This document shows positions 60,865 to 64,000 of a stretch of 64,000 nucleotides of DNA, piece by piece. The notes under the pieces were generated by a model, which saw only the letters and a program-made list of their open reading frames with translations, was not told the DNA's origin and did not search any database. Source of the DNA: Selaginella moellendorffii (Eukaryota; Plantae; Lycopodiophyta). Positions within the stretch are counted from its first letter, which is position 1; each line of letters begins with the position of its first letter. A program made the translations under genes and the position numbers. Location: assembly GCF_000143415.4 (NCBI RefSeq), contig NW_003314290.1, forward strand, positions 1,160,932 through 1,224,931, read 5' to 3'.

Positions 60865-61425
60865 ATGGCGCTAGCAGGGGCGTGGCGCCGGGCATCCGCA
60901 GTAGCGGCATCGTCCATCCCGGCCTCTCGCGCGTCCCCAGTCGTAGCGCCAGGCTACGGCGCATCAGATCCATGGCGGATTCCAGCTGCATTTGGGGCGG
61001 CGGGGCGGCGGGGCATGGCAGATCTCCTCCCCGTCCAGGTCCGGCAGCCGGGCGACTCCCTGCCGCGCGTCGACACGCGCATCGTGACGGCCATCGCGGT
61101 GGACGAGGACGGGCGGCGCCACACGGTGCGCGCGCTCGCAGGTCAGTCGCTGTTTAGGGCTCTTGTGAATGCAGGGCTGCGCCTCCACTTGTCACACCAG
61201 CTCGACACCTCGTGCTATGGCTACGTGTGCCGTGTGAGCATCAGCGACGAGTGGAGGGCGCGGATCCCCGAGCCGACCGAGGACGAGCTTCACGTCCTCA
61301 AGCACCACTTCACGCCGCCCGACTTCGATCCCTCCATCCGGTGCAGCTGCAAGATCAAGCTCAGCGACAAGATCAACGGCATCGTGGTCGCGCTCGTCCC
61401 CGAGAAGTGCTGGGATTTCACTTGA
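60865..61425 (+). CDS. Mitochondrial ferredoxin-fold protein, likely the complex I bridge ferredoxin (C1-FDX-like)
   Basis: Presequence; AVDEDGRRHTVRALAGQSLFRAL..SH.LD..C...C.V.I..EW..IP..T.DE..VL..R..C.I.L...G.VVA...K.WD. Confidence 0.82.
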   Translation: MALAGAWRRASAVAASSIPASRASPVVAPGYGASDPWRIPAAFGAAGRRGMADLLPVQVRQPGDSLPRVDTRIVTAIAVDEDGRRHTVRALAGQSLFRALVNAGLRLHLSHQLDTSCYGYVCRVSISDEWRARIPEPTEDELHVLKHHFTPPDFDPSIRCSCKIKLSDKINGIVVALVPEKCWDFT

Positions 61426-62227
61426 GAGGAGAGAATGTGGGTTGTGGAGGGGTGATCTTCGATGGACAGTGTGCAATAAGCTATAGCAGGTGTCTTTTGC
61501 TTCTCTTTCGGGGAAGACGATCGTCCCCTTTAGCTCCTTGCAGCACATGCCCAGTGTGGGGATTTTGTTTCATAGTTGATGTCACTGTGAAGTCTTTACT
61601 GGATTGGGATCGATGGCGCTACAAAGATCTAAAATACATATTATCACTTAAATCTCATGGAGAAAACTCGTGTTTTAACTGTTCTAGATATTCTAGATAT
61701 TCGAGCACCGACATTGTGGATCTTTTACAAGGTAAACTTGATTTTTATATCTGTTTTTTCATAGCTGCTAAGCTATTGGGATCTTTTTTCCAGCTGCAAA
61801 TACCAAGTGGCGGCAAATTGCTATAGCCTGCCATGGCCGAGTCTTTCAAGCGCGTACAAACAAAACGACGACCTGGACCATGACACGTGAAGAAGGATAA
61901 AGAAGAGGGAGTTACATCAGAGATCGCCAATAAATATTTCTGCGAAACGCGAGCTGATCACAGCGCGGGCGATAAAGACTGTAACTTAGATCACTGCTGA
62001 TCGGGCAAGCACTATAGCTAGACTTGAAATCACCGAGAAAGAAAGCTTAAGAAACGAAAGCTTACGAGTAATCGACCAAGGTAAACTACACAACTTGATC
62101 GTGCATTGTCTTAAGTTCTTCGTGTCTCTCTTTCGAGTTTCTTATCCAATCCTCTCGGTTGTGTAGGCGCTGAGAAGTTCCAGCCGAAGTTCTTCCCAGA
62201 TCTATCGCCCGAGATCCAAGGAGAGCC

Positions 62228-63476
62228 ATGGTTACCTCCTCCTCGTCCAAGAAGCTCTTCCCCCGCTTCGTGACCCTGAAAGGCGACAATGGTCAGCTCC
62301 TCACAGTGCACGCTCTGGATGGAGTACCGTACCTCACATTTACTTCCCTGGAGCCGTCGCGGCTGGCTACTCATGAGATCATCTGCCACAAGGATCTCCC
62401 GGACGTGGTGATGATCCGTTCCTCCAACGGCCGCTACTGGAGCCGCAACGAGAATAGCTGGATCGTGGCGAACCGGGACGAGACCCCGGCATCCTCGGAT
62501 ACGAGCTCCAACTTCAAGATCGTCCGGGTGAGTAGCAGCAGTAGCAGCAGCACGGTGGCGCTGCAATCCTTGGCGGACGGGAGCTACTTGCGATGGTTCT
62601 CGCAGTCGCAGGTCCAGCACGGCTGCAACGCGGTCGGGAGTTCGTGCGACGTCCACACTCACCTCGAGCTCTGCGATGCGTCCGAGACGGCGCTGGTTCT
62701 CCCGCGGCTGCTCTCGCTCAAGTCGGACAATGGGCTGTTCCTCGCCGCGCAGTACCAGCGCGAGATCAACTGGCTGAGCTTCGCGAGCTCCTCCAAGAGC
62801 GAGCTCGCGACGGCGCACGAAGTAGTGCTGCTGCCAAACGGGAACGCGATGATCCAGAACGTCAAGAGCGGCAAGTTCTGGCGGGTGAGCTGCGTCAACT
62901 GGGCGTGGGCGGACGTGGATCGCTCGCACGCGCTGACGAACACCGCGTGCCACTTCGAGCCCGTGAAGGTGAGCGCCACCGAGGTGGCGCTCAAGTCGGC
63001 CTTCTCGGGGCGGTTCCTCAAGCGCTACACCGAGTACTGGAAGGACGCGCTGTGCGGGCTGGCGTGCGGGATGAACGATCCGGCGACGCGGTTCGTGGTC
63101 GGGGGCGCGGTGGTGTCGCAGAGTTTGGAGGAGATCGCGTACTCGCTCAAGATGGCGGAGATGGTGGAGGTGAAGAGCGTGGAGGTGGCGAGCGGGGTGG
63201 CGACGAACAGCGAGCAGAAGGCGTGCGATGTGGTGGTGCAAGTGAAGTTTTCGTTATCGGTGTCGCGGAGGCACCGGTGGTCGGACTCGTCGACTTTCGT
63301 GAAGGCGTGCCCGAGGACGAGCTTCACGGTGGGGGTGCCCGAAGTGACGTCCGCGGAGGGCAGCATCACGGTTGGCGCCGCACAGTGTTTCAAGACGAGG
63401 ATGTGCGCCGTGGTGGAGGAGGCTGTGCAGTTCCAGTCGACTTACACTGTCAAGAGTGTGGAGCCCGGGGAAGAGG
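62228..63476 (+). CDS. Amaranthin (agglutinin) lectin domains x2 fused to an aerolysin-like pore-forming domain; 3' end probably beyond an intron/window edge
   Basis: Two (F/L)PR.(V/L).LK.DNG..L beta-trefoil repeats, then a Ser/Thr/Val beta-rich segment (W.DS....TSFTVGVPEV..V.PGEE); donor GAG|GTATGG at 63477. Confidence 0.85.
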
Positions 63477-63479
63477 TAT

Positions 63480-64000
63480 GGATCTTGGTTTTTCTTCTTG
63501 TTCTTGCGAGAGTTCTTGAGAAGTTTGCTTTGTTTCATCGCATCTGTAGGCTCTAGTTCCTTAGATTGCTTCTTTGTCTTGGTGGCATCGCTTCTGAGGC
63601 TCAAGTTCTTTCTTTTTATGCTTGATCTTCCTCTTCGTTGCATCGCGTTTGTCTTGTGATCAATGTATGGTTCTTTCTCTTCCTTTCTTCGTCTTTTGGT
63701 TTTTCTTCTTGTTCCTGCGGGATTTCTTGAGAAGTTTCCCTTGTTTCATCGCAGAGTTCCTTAGATTGCTTCTTCTCTTTCTCTTATGCTTTCCTTTTGT
63801 TGTTCTTGGCGAGATTTCATGAGATGTTTCATCGCAGATCTCGTTTTATTGCTTCTTTCTTTTGGTTGCATCGCATTCTGAGGCTCAACTTCTTGTTTTG
63901 GTTGCTTTTGCATCACATCTGCTTGATTTCTTCTTCTTCCTCGTTGCATTGTTTCTCATCAAGCGATTCTGGAAAGATTCGTTTCTGTTCTCTCCTCTTT
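63480..64000 (+). repeat. Pyrimidine-rich degenerate tandem repeats (putative intron)
   Basis: ttcttgagaagttt..tgtttcatcgca recurs at ~63515, ~63725 and ~63820; catcgc(a)ttctgaggctcaa occurs twice. Confidence 0.65.

Noticed and set aside
62111-63519. Long overlapping ORFs (376 aa minus, 308 aa plus) over the lectin gene
   Set aside because: Expected by-products of high GC3 coding sequence.

Overview
Eukaryotic, gene-dense plant nuclear DNA with very short spliceosomal introns (about 45-90 bp). The tiny introns, an intronless microbial-type terpene synthase (MTPSL), a ciliary IFT22 gene and land-plant genes (ROPGEF, FPF1-like, UXS) together point to a lycophyte, most likely Selaginella (inference). 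About 21 protein genes and two tRNA genes (Arg-ACG, Gly-GCC) alternate with degenerate LTR-retrotransposon blocks (about 1-4.3 kb, 11.3-15.1 kb and 38.6-43 kb, the last containing a 100-N gap) and a gene-fragment mosaic at 29.3-31.8 kb. The most striking observation is at 7.6-26.7 kb. Three different Gly/Ser-rich low-complexity proteins lie there: an orphan of about 1111 aa, the 434-codon tail exon of an RH3-type DEAD-box helicase, and an orphan of about 517 aa. They share three short, information-rich motifs pairwise: NPTTPNAxTD[FY]GWRKG, RxGKTWxNPxA and [IV]D[DE]MR[RK]xYF. They are interleaved with a canonical RsmH and a catalytically degenerate RsmH paralog. This suggests an undescribed organellar RNA/condensate module. 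All gene models and family calls were made by eye, without database searches.
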